This document shows positions 1 to 9,600 of a stretch of 64,000 bases of DNA, one piece after another. Positions within the stretch are counted from its first letter, which is position 1. The number at the start of each line of letters is the position of its first letter. The notes beneath the pieces are model-generated. The model had not been told where the DNA came from and made no database searches. It was given only the letters and a program-made list of their open reading frames with translations. The stretch covers positions 96,001 through 160,000 of the forward strand of contig CAWBCT010000005.1 in NCBI GenBank assembly GCA_963787445.1. Direction: 5' to 3'. Source of the DNA: an uncultured archaeon (lineage in GTDB: Archaea > Micrarchaeota > Micrarchaeia > Micrarchaeales > CABMGC01). A program made the position numbers and the translations under genes.

Positions 1-260
1 AGGAAGTGCTTCTTTGTGTGAAACTCCTTTGGGTAAATCACCTGCTGTATCGCAAGGAGCCTTGTGATCTTTACTTTAAGCCCGACCTCTTCCGCAACCT
101 CGCGGTGCAGCGCATCTACCATCGCTTCCCCATACTCAACATGACCGCCAGGAATGCTCCATTTGTCCTTCCACTTGTAGGATTTTACAAGAAGGATCTC
201 TCCTTTTGCATTAGTAATGAACGCCCCCACAACTGGTTCAGGATAAATGGTTGTTTTCAT
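1..260 (-). CDS. Nudix hydrolase (3' end outside window)
   Basis: Manual translation from ATG at 260: MKTTIYPEPVVGAFITNAKGEILLVKSYKWKDKWSIPGGHVEYGEAMVDALHREVAEEVGLKV; contains the Nudix box GX5EX7REUXEEXGU. Not in the ORF track. Confidence 0.9.
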   Translation of the reverse strand, partial: MKTTIYPEPVVGAFITNAKGEILLVKSYKWKDKWSIPGGHVEYGEAMVDALHREVAEEVGLKVKITRLLAIQQVIYPKEFHTKKHF

Positions 261-271
261 TTGGGATTACC

Positions 272-664
272 TTATTTCTCTTCGGTCTTCTCCTTAGGCT
301 TGAAGATCTCCTCCGCTGACTTCGTCCCGAACTTCTCGATAGAGGTGTTGACCTGAACGGTGTCCGCGCTGATCGTGTTTCCGCGGACCAGCCTTCTTGA
401 CCTGAAGCCCTTCCCGCCGTCGCGCATCCCGACTCCATAACTCAACAGGGGCCTCGCCTTTCGGGTGCCGTCTATCTCCTTCCTCGAAGGTGCACCGTTG
501 TTGTCGCTTAGGCCGGTTATCTTGAGCTCAAATCCGTCAAGGCCGCCGAGCGAGCCGTCGATGACGTCTCCTATCTGCCTGCCCATGAGCTGTCCCTCTC
601 TCTCCTTTGGAACGCTAGCCTGTCCTGTCTTTCCACTCTTTCTATCCGAGTAAACTATCTGCAT
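272..664 (-). CDS. rps6e: 30S ribosomal protein S6e (eS6)
   Basis: MQIVYSD...LMGRQIGDVIDG...LKITGLSDNNGAP...RRLVRGNTIS matches the eS6 pattern. Confidence 0.93.
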   Translation of the reverse strand: MQIVYSDRKSGKTGQASVPKEREGQLMGRQIGDVIDGSLGGLDGFELKITGLSDNNGAPSRKEIDGTRKARPLLSYGVGMRDGGKGFRSRRLVRGNTISADTVQVNTSIEKFGTKSAEEIFKPKEKTEEK

Positions 665-685
665 AATTTCACCTAATCTGAAGTA

Positions 686-2839
686 TCATCTGTACATGCT
701 TGCCGGTTCGTCCTTAAATCTTCGTATCCTCTCCGCCACCTCCTTCGGTATCGCCGGCTTGACCTCCTCGAAGGCGCGCTCAAAGTCCTCCGCCTTGACT
801 ATGTCGCGCTTCTTCCTGATCGTGTTCATGCCCGCCTCCCTGCAGAGGTTCTCTATCTCCGCGCCGGTGTAGCTCTCCGTCTTGTTCGCCAGGTCATCAA
901 GGACTACGTCCTTGTCGAGCGGCATGCGCTTTGTATGAATCTTAAGTATCTGGAGCCTTGCAATTGCATCGGGCAGGGGTATCTCGACTATCTTGTCGAA
1001 TCTGCCGGGCCTAAGCAGGGCAGAGTCAAGCTCGTCGGGGCGGTTCGTTGCGGCGATGACCACAACGTTCTTCAGCTCCTGCAGCCCGTCCATCTCTGTG
1101 AGAAGCGTGTCGACCACGCGCTCGGTTACGCGGGCGTCGTCCGTGCCGCCGCGCGAGTGCGCGATGGCGTCGATCTCATCAATGAATATGATGCAGGGTG
1201 ATGCAAGTCGCGCCTTTCTGAATATCTCGCGCACGGTCTTCTCGCTCTCTCCAACGTACTTGCTTAGGACCTCCGGCCCCTTGATTGAGATGAAGTTTGA
1301 CTCGCGCTCGGTTGCCACCGCCTTTGCGAGCATTGTCTTTCCTACACCAGGGGGCCCGACAAGAAGGACGCCCTTGATCGGGCGTATGCCTATCTTCTCA
1401 AAGACCTCGGGTGACTTGAGCGGAAGTTCAACCGCTTCGCGCATCTCCTCCTTGACCTTCTCCATGCCGCCGACATCTGCCCAACGGACGTTGGGGCGCT
1501 CGACGAATACCTCGCGGAGCGCGCTGGGCTGGATGTTCTTGAGTGCCTCCATGAAGTTCTCGCGCGTTACTATCAGGCTTTCAAGTATCTCAGTGGGAAT
1601 GTTCTGCTTGTCCATTATCTTCGGGAGTATCAGGCGCAGGGTTGCCATGGCGGCCTCCCTGACAAGCGCGTTCAGGTCGGCTCCGGTGTAGCCGTGCGTT
1701 ATGCTCGCGAGCTCGTCGATGTTGACATCCTTGGCGAGTGGCATGTTGCGCGTGTGAATCTGGAGCACCTCCTTTCTAGCGTTCCTGTTGGGCACCCCGA
1801 TCTCAATCTCGCGGTCGAACCTGCCGGGCCTTCTCAGCGCCTGGTCTATGGCGTCGGGCCGGTTTGTCGCTGCGACTATTATTACCTGTCCGCGAGGCGG
1901 CATCCCGTCCATCAGGGTAAGCAGCTGCGAGACCATCCTTCTCTCGACCTCGTTTGTCGCCTCCTCTCTCTTGGGCGCGATCGCGTCTATCTCGTCCATG
2001 AAGATTATTGTTGGGGCCTTCTCGTTAGCCTGCTTGAAGATCTCTCGGAGCTTCTCCTCGCTCTCTCCCACGAACTTGCTCACCAGCTCTGGACCGGAGA
2101 TGGTAATGAAATGTGCATCGCTCTCGTTCGCCACGGCCTTGGCCAGAAGCGTCTTGCCCGTACCTGGAGGCCCGAACAGGAGCACCCCCTTAGGCGGGTC
2201 TATGCCAAGCCGCTCAAACAGCTGTGGATAACGAATAGGAAGCTCGATCATCTCGCGGATCTTGTTCTTTGCCTCATCAAGCCCGCCTATATCCTCGTAG
2301 TGGACGTCTGCAATCTTTACGATTGCGTCCGATACCGGCTCGTCCTTTATTACGAGGTTCGTGCTCGGAGTTATACGGATTACGCCGTGCGGGACCACCT
2401 GCACCACGAGGAAGTTGAATACGAAGCCAAACATGGGGATGGGGATGGAGTCGCCCTTCGTGAGGGGCTTGCCCTCAAGGCGCTTCTTTGCGTAGCCCAC
2501 GAAGTCGGCAGTGAGAGGGGCGCGCTGGCTTGGAGGAGGCGCCAGGATGACCTTCTCGGCGTCCTTGGCGTCCGCCTTGGTTATGAACAGCTTGTCGCCT
2601 ATTCCGACTCCCAGGTTCTGGCGCAGGTAACCGTCTATGCGTATGAAGCCCAGGCCCTCGTCGCTCGGGTGGGAGGGCATGACTATCGCTGCGGTGGACT
2701 TTATCTTGCCCTTGATCTCGATTATGTCGCCGGGGTTGACGGCAAGCTGCGTCCTCGATTTTGTGTCCACCTTGGCTATGCTCTTGCCTGAGTCTACCAC
2801 GAAGGCGTCCGCAACGGTAAGCTCAACACTATTAGTCAT
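686..2839 (-). CDS. cdc48: CDC48/VCP (VAT) AAA+ ATPase
   Basis: N domain plus two AAA modules (GPPGTGKT/DEID/RRPGRFD and GPPGVGKT/DEID/RPGRFD), C-terminal MYR HbYX-like motif. ATG at 2839; the ORF track starts at 2845. Confidence 0.97.
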   Translation of the reverse strand: MTNSVELTVADAFVVDSGKSIAKVDTKSRTQLAVNPGDIIEIKGKIKSTAAIVMPSHPSDEGLGFIRIDGYLRQNLGVGIGDKLFITKADAKDAEKVILAPPPSQRAPLTADFVGYAKKRLEGKPLTKGDSIPIPMFGFVFNFLVVQVVPHGVIRITPSTNLVIKDEPVSDAIVKIADVHYEDIGGLDEAKNKIREMIELPIRYPQLFERLGIDPPKGVLLFGPPGTGKTLLAKAVANESDAHFITISGPELVSKFVGESEEKLREIFKQANEKAPTIIFMDEIDAIAPKREEATNEVERRMVSQLLTLMDGMPPRGQVIIVAATNRPDAIDQALRRPGRFDREIEIGVPNRNARKEVLQIHTRNMPLAKDVNIDELASITHGYTGADLNALVREAAMATLRLILPKIMDKQNIPTEILESLIVTRENFMEALKNIQPSALREVFVERPNVRWADVGGMEKVKEEMREAVELPLKSPEVFEKIGIRPIKGVLLVGPPGVGKTMLAKAVATERESNFISIKGPEVLSKYVGESEKTVREIFRKARLASPCIIFIDEIDAIAHSRGGTDDARVTERVVDTLLTEMDGLQELKNVVVIAATNRPDELDSALLRPGRFDKIVEIPLPDAIARLQILKIHTKRMPLDKDVVLDDLANKTESYTGAEIENLCREAGMNTIRKKRDIVKAEDFERAFEEVKPAIPKEVAERIRRFKDEPASMYR

Positions 2840-2997
2840 AAGCACCCACAGTAAATGTTATACTTGCTCATAAAACTTATATATACCTTAGGGCGGGATT
2901 GGGTTCGCTTCAGGCGTCGTCAAGAGGGGAAAACCTAGTCAAACAACCAATAAATACCTTTCCCTACAATATATAGCCGCTACTTAAAGGGTTTTTC

Positions 2998-3150
2998 ATG
3001 GGAAAGTTCGCATTGGCAGATGAGCTCCTCACTCGCGTCTGGGTGTGCCGAAGGTGCAAGGCCAGGAACCGCGCCGGCATAGAGAAGTGCAGGAAGTGCG
3101 GGAGCAGATACCTGCGCGTCAAGAGGAAGGAGAAGCGCGTCAAGAAATAG
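2998..3150 (+). CDS. rpl40e: 50S ribosomal protein L40e (eL40)
   Basis: Manual translation MGKFALADELLTRVWVCRRCKARNRAGIEKCRKCGSRYLRVKRKEKRVKK; CRRC..N....CRKCG zinc ribbon. Confidence 0.93.
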   Translation: MGKFALADELLTRVWVCRRCKARNRAGIEKCRKCGSRYLRVKRKEKRVKK

Positions 3151-3191
3151 CTAAGTTGATTTTTCAAGGATCCAAACTTTGAGGTAATTAC

Positions 3192-3416
3192 ATGGTAGAT
3201 CTGACACCTATAGAGAGCGCAATCGTAGAGGCTATGAAGCAGCTCGGCGCCACGAGCGAAGAGAAGAAGAAGACCGCTGACGACATAGCGAAGAAGTCCA
3301 ACAGGCCGAAGAGCTTCGTCTCGAACGCCCTGGTCTCGCTGGACCAGAAGAAGGTCATCAAGCGCGTGGTGCGCGAGAAGGCATCTGGGTACTACGTCCT
3401 GCCTGTTCCCAAGTAG
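3192..3416 (+). CDS. small winged-helix DNA-binding protein
   Basis: TADDIAKKSNRPKSFVSNALVSLDQKKVIKR HTH followed by a wing ending GYYV; GAGGT RBS upstream. Confidence 0.7.
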   Translation: MVDLTPIESAIVEAMKQLGATSEEKKKTADDIAKKSNRPKSFVSNALVSLDQKKVIKRVVREKASGYYVLPVPK

Positions 3417-3424
3417 GTCGTTTG

Positions 3425-3874
3425 ATGGCTGAAGGGGACGCTATAGAGTTCACGGCAAAGTACAGGGACTGGATCTCGATAAAGAAGCTCACCGTGAGGG
3501 AGAACACAACCCCGGAAGAGGTAGCATTCCACCTGGCAGCGATAAGGCAGACTCTGGACAAGAAGTCGTTCGAGTTCCTGGGCATGAATCTTACACCGCT
3601 TGACGCTTTCGCAGAGTCAACGACTGCGGGAAAGAAGAAGAGCTTCAAGGACCTCGCTGTTTGTATAGAGTCAATCTCTTCGCCCGAGGCAAAAACGGCA
3701 GTTGAAACCGCATGCGCAGTTAAAGAGGAGCTTAAGGAGATTGCAAACACCTACCTGATAAGGAGGATAATGCAGAACCTGAAGTTCGACACGGACATGA
3801 ACCAGGAGATGCTCGCGAAGGTCTATCCGAACCTGAAGCTGCCGAAGCCGAAGGGCAGGCTGCCAAAGAAATAA
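3425..3874 (+). CDS. DUF2666-like archaeal protein
   Basis: IEFTAKYRDWISIKKLTVRENTTPEEVAFHLA N-terminus and YPNLKLPKPKGR C-terminus resemble DUF2666. Confidence 0.7.
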   Translation: MAEGDAIEFTAKYRDWISIKKLTVRENTTPEEVAFHLAAIRQTLDKKSFEFLGMNLTPLDAFAESTTAGKKKSFKDLAVCIESISSPEAKTAVETACAVKEELKEIANTYLIRRIMQNLKFDTDMNQEMLAKVYPNLKLPKPKGRLPKK

Positions 3875-3906
3875 CTAAATTATCCGCAGTCTCACTTATC
3901 CTAAAC

Positions 3907-3980
3907 GGGGAGTTCTGCTAGCTTGGTCAGGCTTTGAGCTTTGGGAGCTTAAGACACGAGTTCAAATCTCGTACTCCCCA
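3907..3980 (+). tRNA. tRNA-Pro(TGG)
   Basis: Acceptor GGGGAGT/ACTCCCC+A, anticodon arm TGAGC-TTTGGGA-GCTTA, T arm ACGAG-TTCAAAT-CTCGT; intronless, CCA not encoded; weak D stem. Confidence 0.9.
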
Positions 3981-3983
3981 AAT

Positions 3984-4406
3984 TTATTTTTTGTTCATAG
4001 CCACAGCGGTACGAATAAGAGTCTTCATGGCCTTCTCGTTAATCTTGTCGCCTTCACGGAACTCTATGGCGCGCCATACCCTGGCGTCAAGGCTGGCATT
4101 GAAGAGGCCTGAAGGGTCGTCCAACGAGGCGCCTCTGGGAAATGTCATCCTTATGTGGTTCTTGTAGGCCTCGCAGGTGCAGATTCCTCCGTTGTGAGAC
4201 CAGATCGCTGTGCCAAGTGGGTTGTCTGCCTTTATCCACTTTACTTCCTCAACAGCTTCAGGATCAGCTTCCTTGATCAAAGCGCGGATGCGGGAGAACA
4301 TCTCTCCGCGCCAGTCGCCAAGCGACTTGATTCTCTTGTCTATGATTCCTCCTGAGATCTGCTTTCGTATGGCTTTCTTGTGCTCCACTTGCCTCTTGGT
4401 CATCAT
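3984..4406 (-). CDS. DUF1801 (YdhG-like) domain protein
   Basis: DWRGEMFSRIRALIKEADPEAVEEVKW...WSHNGGICTCEAYK...F.RGASLDDPSGLFNASL is typical of DUF1801. Confidence 0.85.
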   Translation of the reverse strand: MMTKRQVEHKKAIRKQISGGIIDKRIKSLGDWRGEMFSRIRALIKEADPEAVEEVKWIKADNPLGTAIWSHNGGICTCEAYKNHIRMTFPRGASLDDPSGLFNASLDARVWRAIEFREGDKINEKAMKTLIRTAVAMNKK

Positions 4407-4495
4407 ACCACGCCTATACCTCCAACAAACAGGTTTTTATTATTTTCACTGCTCGATTGAACTCTAATAAAAGATGCGAAAGCGCATGTGGAGAC

Positions 4496-4759
4496 CTACC
4501 TGTTTTTGTAGGCCAGCTTGTAGGCGAGCATTATGGTCATCATCACGAACCCAAGGCTTCCGGAGATGATCAGGGGCCAGCTTGCGATCCCGAGGCCGTA
4601 GATGAAGAAAAGGAGCTGCCCCGCATCGAGTATTACGATCCAGGCCTCGGAAAGGTCGCGGGTGTGCTTCGCCCTTACGGTCTTATAGACTTCGGGGACG
4701 TAGGCCACGGTGACCAGCACGCTCGCAACCAGCCCTATGATCGTATTCCAATCAGTCAT
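4496..4759 (-). CDS. SemiSWEET/PQ-loop family small transporter
   Basis: Three TM helices, AYVPEVYKTVRAKHTRDLS (PQ-loop position reads PE), FFIYG; likely start MTDW at 4759. Confidence 0.8.
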   Translation of the reverse strand: MTDWNTIIGLVASVLVTVAYVPEVYKTVRAKHTRDLSEAWIVILDAGQLLFFIYGLGIASWPLIISGSLGFVMMTIMLAYKLAYKNR

Positions 4760-4800
4760 GTTCAACACTAGGTCTACTTCCTCATCACATATAAGCATTC

Positions 4801-4841
4801 CTAGGAGCTGTTGTAGAAGACTAGGAGCTGTTGTAGAAGAC
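4801..4841. repeat. 20-bp perfect tandem duplication
   Basis: CTAGGAGCTGTTGTAGAAGA twice, back to back; duplicates the last codons and stop of the adjacent gene. Confidence 0.95.
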
Positions 4842-5837
4842 GTAGGCAGCTATCGAGCTGTCGGAGACGTTTGCCGGGAGGAGCTTGTAGGGGCCGGGCT
4901 GGGCCGGGTTGCAGATGAACAGCGAGGCGACGCTGCCCCCTAGGTAGCCAGCGGGCGATCCCGCCATGTTGCAGTCGCTGCCCTGGGGATACTGGATGCT
5001 GGGGCCGGGAAGGTTCTGGTTTAGCGTGGAATTTCCGCCCAGGTGCGCCTGGCCTGCGATTATGGCGACTACGAGCGAGTCGTTCTCGCTCACGTTGAAG
5101 GTCAATGTGTGAGAAGCAGTGCCGTACTGGGCGTATTGGTAGCGCCTGATCGCAAGGCCCACCAGCGCCGCGTTCTGCGCCGAGGAGTTTGTGTGCAGGA
5201 TGCAGGTGCTGCTGTTTTGGATGCCTATTGATGAGTAACCAGCTACGGAGGCGGACTGCTTCCAGGAAGCGTTGACAACTCCCGGCGCCCAGCCCGGGCT
5301 TGGGCTTGCGCTGGAGCCTCCGCAGATATAGTAGGTGTAATTCTTGGGGAGGAAGAGCTCGCCGTAGTTGTAGCCCTGGGTGAGAGGATAGGCCTCGGCC
5401 GTTGCGTAGGAGTAGGCATTAGCCGGATAATACTTCATGAAGTTCGCGATCTCAAGCAGGTTGTTGTTGACCGTTATCTCGAATGAGGAGTTCAGGCCTG
5501 CATAGCAGTCTGCTCCGGAACAGCCCCATCCGGTAAAGTTGAAGCCCTTGATTGGTTTCGCTGACACGGCGACCGTGGTGCCACCTAGGTAGTTTCCCGC
5601 CCCATACACGCTTCCTCCATAGACCGGAGAGGGGAGGACCCTGAGAAAATAGGTCGGCTTGGGCGAGGTTATGCTTGAATTCGTAAGGGTGGAGCTCGGG
5701 GTGTTCGAGGGCGCAACGTTGCCCTGAGAAAATAAGACTATAGCCACTGCGATCAGGACGAGGAGTCCCAGGATGCCGAACTCTATCCTGAACCTTCTCC
5801 CTTTTGCGCCTTCGTTGGGGTTCTCTTGGGTGGTCAT
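4821..5837 (-). CDS. membrane-anchored surface protein with InlB B-repeat-like domain
   Basis: N-terminal TM helix, S/T linker, YFLRVLPSPVYGGSVYGAGNYLGGTTVAVSAKPIKGFNFTGW motif, Cys pairs, many NxS/T sequons. Confidence 0.7.
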   Translation of the reverse strand: MTTQENPNEGAKGRRFRIEFGILGLLVLIAVAIVLFSQGNVAPSNTPSSTLTNSSITSPKPTYFLRVLPSPVYGGSVYGAGNYLGGTTVAVSAKPIKGFNFTGWGCSGADCYAGLNSSFEITVNNNLLEIANFMKYYPANAYSYATAEAYPLTQGYNYGELFLPKNYTYYICGGSSASPSPGWAPGVVNASWKQSASVAGYSSIGIQNSSTCILHTNSSAQNAALVGLAIRRYQYAQYGTASHTLTFNVSENDSLVVAIIAGQAHLGGNSTLNQNLPGPSIQYPQGSDCNMAGSPAGYLGGSVASLFICNPAQPGPYKLLPANVSDSSIAAYVFYNSS

Positions 5838-5849
5838 CGGATAGCCTTG

Positions 5850-6599
5850 CTAATCGTCATTCATATTCCTGAACGCCTGCTCCGGATTGCTTCTCCAGTT
5901 AGCTATCATGCCCTTCGAGGGGCCCAGCGAGATCTCGTACTCGTCGTTCCTGAAGCCCTTCATCAGCGCGGCGGCGACCTCAGCAGAGGAGCTGCTCCAC
6001 TCGCTCTTCGGCAGGTGCTTCTCACCGTGCAGGTAGGTGTCGTGCACCATTGGGGGAATTACCTCGAACACCTTTATCGGGGTCCTGCTGAGCTGGTGTC
6101 TCAATGACATGGTGAACGAGTGCAGCGCCGCCTTGGTGGCGCTGTAAACAGGAACCATCGCCAGCGGCACGAAGCCCAGCCCGGATGAGACATTGACTAT
6201 CGCCGCCTCCTTCCTCTTTGAGAACAGCGGGATGAAGTAGGCGGAGAAGTAGATCTGCGCCTTCAGGTTTATCTCGATCTCGTCCTCGGTCTTGAGCAGG
6301 GCGTCTATCCCCTTGCGCAGGTCTATGGGCCGCTGTATGCCGGCGTTGTTCACCAGCACGTTGATCCCGCTGAAGCTGGAGCTCACCCACTCGAACAGCT
6401 TCTTCCGGTCGCTCTCCTTTGAGACGTCGCACTTCCGTATGTTCAGCGCGGGGAGCCTCTCCTTCGCCTCCCTTAGCCTGTCCTCCCTCCTCCCGCAGAT
6501 TATCACCTCGTTCCCGAGCTTTAGGAACGACTCCGCAATCGCAAAGCCGATGCCGGTGGCCCCGCCGGTTATCAGGACCGTGTTATCATTGGTCTTCAT
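5850..6599 (-). CDS. short-chain dehydrogenase/reductase (DltE-like)
   Basis: TGGATGIG, NNAG, NVSSG and YSATK motifs. Confidence 0.93.
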   Translation of the reverse strand: MKTNDNTVLITGGATGIGFAIAESFLKLGNEVIICGRREDRLREAKERLPALNIRKCDVSKESDRKKLFEWVSSSFSGINVLVNNAGIQRPIDLRKGIDALLKTEDEIEINLKAQIYFSAYFIPLFSKRKEAAIVNVSSGLGFVPLAMVPVYSATKAALHSFTMSLRHQLSRTPIKVFEVIPPMVHDTYLHGEKHLPKSEWSSSSAEVAAALMKGFRNDEYEISLGPSKGMIANWRSNPEQAFRNMNDD

Positions 6600-6630
6600 C
6601 CAATCACTAATTAATCATTAACGCATCTTC

Positions 6631-9600
6631 TTAGTCTGTTCCCCTCTTCCTGAGCACCATGGCGATAGCGTCAGCTATCAGCTGCTGCTCCTTCTGCCTG
6701 CTGAGCCTCCTGCCCGAGAGTCCCGAGGCCCTCTTCTTTGCCCTGGAGAGTATCTCCTTGGCTGTGCCGCCGGAAGCCATCCTCTTCTCCGAGTCGGCCC
6801 GCATTCTCTTCGTCTCCTTCTCCGCATCGGCGAGTATCCTCTTTGCCTCTGCCCGGGACTGGGCCAGTATGGCCTCGCGCCGGGCGGACGGCGTTGGCTG
6901 CCTGCGCGCGGCGGGCGGGGCTGGGCGCGGGGAGAGCTTGCGCTGTGGGAGCTCTGGGGCGGCGGCCTCCGGCTCCTCCTCCTCCTCTTCCTCAGGCTCT
7001 ACCTTCTTGGGCTTTCTCTGCCGCCTCATCCTCCTGCCGATGAGCGACATCGCGGACACTATGGCGGACGGGCCGGCGCGCTTCTCCATCCTCCTTCTCC
7101 TTATTATGAGCCAGAGCGCGATGGCTATCAGGGCGATGGCGCCGGCCAGGCCCAGGGCGTCATAGAACGGCGTGTTGTTGACCGGAGGCGGTACCACCAC
7201 AGGTATGGTGGTGGTAGTGCTGGTGCCGAGGGTAGTGACCGTGGTGGGCACGGTGACGTTCCCTATGCCAACGAAGCTGGTCAGCGAGAGCACCGGGTCC
7301 TGGTTGAAGGTCATCGTCACCTCGCAGGCCTGGGAGTTGACCGTGAACTTGTCCACCATTGCCCAGGAGAAGTTCGAGAGTATGAACGGGACCACCTTGT
7401 AGTAGGGGATGGCGCAGTTGTACCTGACCGAGACGTTCATCGAGGTGTTCAGCTGGTGCTGCAGGTTCGTGGTGGGCCGGATGGAGAGATTCTCGGTCAG
7501 CTCCGGCTGGTAGCCGGCGGGCAGCGCCGGCAGGAACGGCGACTGGGTCAGGTTCCTGATCGAGAGCAGCTGGTAGGCCGTTATCGATGAGGTGAGGTTC
7601 AGCGTCGTGTCCTCCCGGAGCAGGTGGACTATGGTCGGAGTCGTGTTGTAGGTTATTATCTCGGAGCTGAAGTTGTCCGTCGTGACGTTCAGCACCACCC
7701 TCTTGGGCAGCGCCGTTATCCTCAGCACTATGGACTGCTGGAGCGGGATGTAGGAGATGTTGACTATCTGCATGGAGTAGACGTAGTTCGGGTTCTGGTC
7801 CTGGACTATCAGGGTGCTCCGGTTCTGGTAGATCACGTAGCTCTGCCCGTTCACGGTTATTCCGGAGTTCGTGGGCGAGATGAAGTTCTCGGTGAAGTTG
7901 AGGAGCAGCCCGAACAGGGTGACGTTGAAGATGTCGGGCACCGCTATGCCGAGCACCACGTAGCCGTTCTGGATGGGCAGGACGGTGGGCTTCAGCAGTC
8001 CGCCTCCGCCGGCGCCGCCTACCCCACCGCCGCCACCGCCTCCGCCGCCACCGCCGCCTCCGCCTCCGCCTCCGGTGGTGACGTTGTAGCCCAGGCTGTT
8101 GGACACCTGCACCTGGGTGGTGGCGCTGTCGGTCGCCAGGAGATGGGCGGTGAATGCCCCTGTGCCCCAGGAGGCCTGCTGGGCGTAAATGTAGCTCATG
8201 GTTGTCAGGCTCGAGCCCGAGACGAGGTTCTGCGTAACGAGTGAGCCGGCCGGGTTGTAGACCAGGAAGTTGTAGGTGTAGGGAGGCGTGCCGCCGCCGA
8301 TTGCCGCCTCAAGCAGCTGGCCGCCAGTGGTGGTCGTGGTCGGGTTGAGCGGGATGAACTGGGTGGAGATAAGCGGCGTGTTTGCGGCGTAGGCGAGCGT
8401 GTTCGAGACCGTGTTGGAGGTCGCATCGGTCACCAGGATGTTGGCCGTGAACCCTCCGGTGCCGAAAGCCGGGCTCTGGACGAAGAGGAAGGAGTTCGAG
8501 ATCTGCGGGCTGGCGTAGAGGGCGTTGGCGACCAGGGCACCGATCGAGTTGTAGACCAGGAAGTTGTAGGTGTAGGGGCTGAGGCCTCCGTTTATGTGCA
8601 TGCTAAGCGCCTGGTACTGGTTCTGGTCTATCAGGGAGTTGCCGGCGGTCCAGCTAATCTGGGTCAGCGGGCCGATGAGTGTGAATGTCAGCGTGTTGGA
8701 GACCGTGACAGGGACTCCGGCGTTGTCCGTCAGGTAGACGTTGGCGGTGTAGGTGCCGGTGCTCCAGGTGCCCAGGCTCTGGAAGAGGAAGGTGTTGCTG
8801 GTCGAGAGGCCCGTGTAAAGCTGGTTTGTCACCAGGGCGCCGATGGAGTTGTAGACCACGAAGTTGTAGGTGTAGGGGCTTGAGCCTCCGGTGAGCTGCG
8901 CGGAGAGCAGCTGGTACTGGTTGAAGTTTAGTACTGAGTTTGAGGCTGTGAACAGGCTCGAAACCAGCAGCGGGCTGATCGTCACTGTGCTGCTCTTTAC
9001 AGAATTTGCGGTCACCGCGTTCGCGGCGCTGTCGGTCACTATCACATTGGCCTGGATCGTGTTTCCTGCGTCAGAGTTCATCGTCGTGTAGGTGAAGGTG
9101 TTTGAGGCTGTTGGGACTGCGGTGTACAGCGCATTGGCGAACAGGTTGCCTGTTATCGTATTTACCACCAGGAAGTTGTAGGTGTAGGAGGATGTCCCGC
9201 CTCCGGCGGTTCCAGTGAAGGTTACCGTCTGGCCAGCATCGACCTCCAGGCTTGAGACTGTGATTGAAGGCGCAAGGGGGGGCTGGATGGTAAAGATTCC
9301 GGACAGTATGGAGTTGACGATTAACTGATTTGCGGAGGTGTCTATGACGAAGACGTTCGCGACTAGAGTGTTGCCGGCGTTCGCAGAGTTGACTGGGAAG
9401 GCGTAGGTGGTTCCTGACTGGCCGCCGGAAGTTCCTACCAAAGTGTTAGTGACCGAGTTATACACGAAGAAGTTGTAGGTGTAGGATCCTGTGCCGCCGG
9501 AGGCGGAGGCGGTGAAGATGATGGAGGTTCCCTGATCGTAGTTGGCGTTAGAGGATGGGGTTATGGTTGGGGTGTTGAGTGAGGTGAAGACTGTAAAGAC

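Noticed and set aside
935-2791. Long antisense/alternate-frame ORFs over cdc48 (likewise over sdhA, fusA, the ATPases and the giant gene)
   Set aside because: Shadow ORFs expected from GC-rich third codon positions; they overlap well-supported genes and lack motifs
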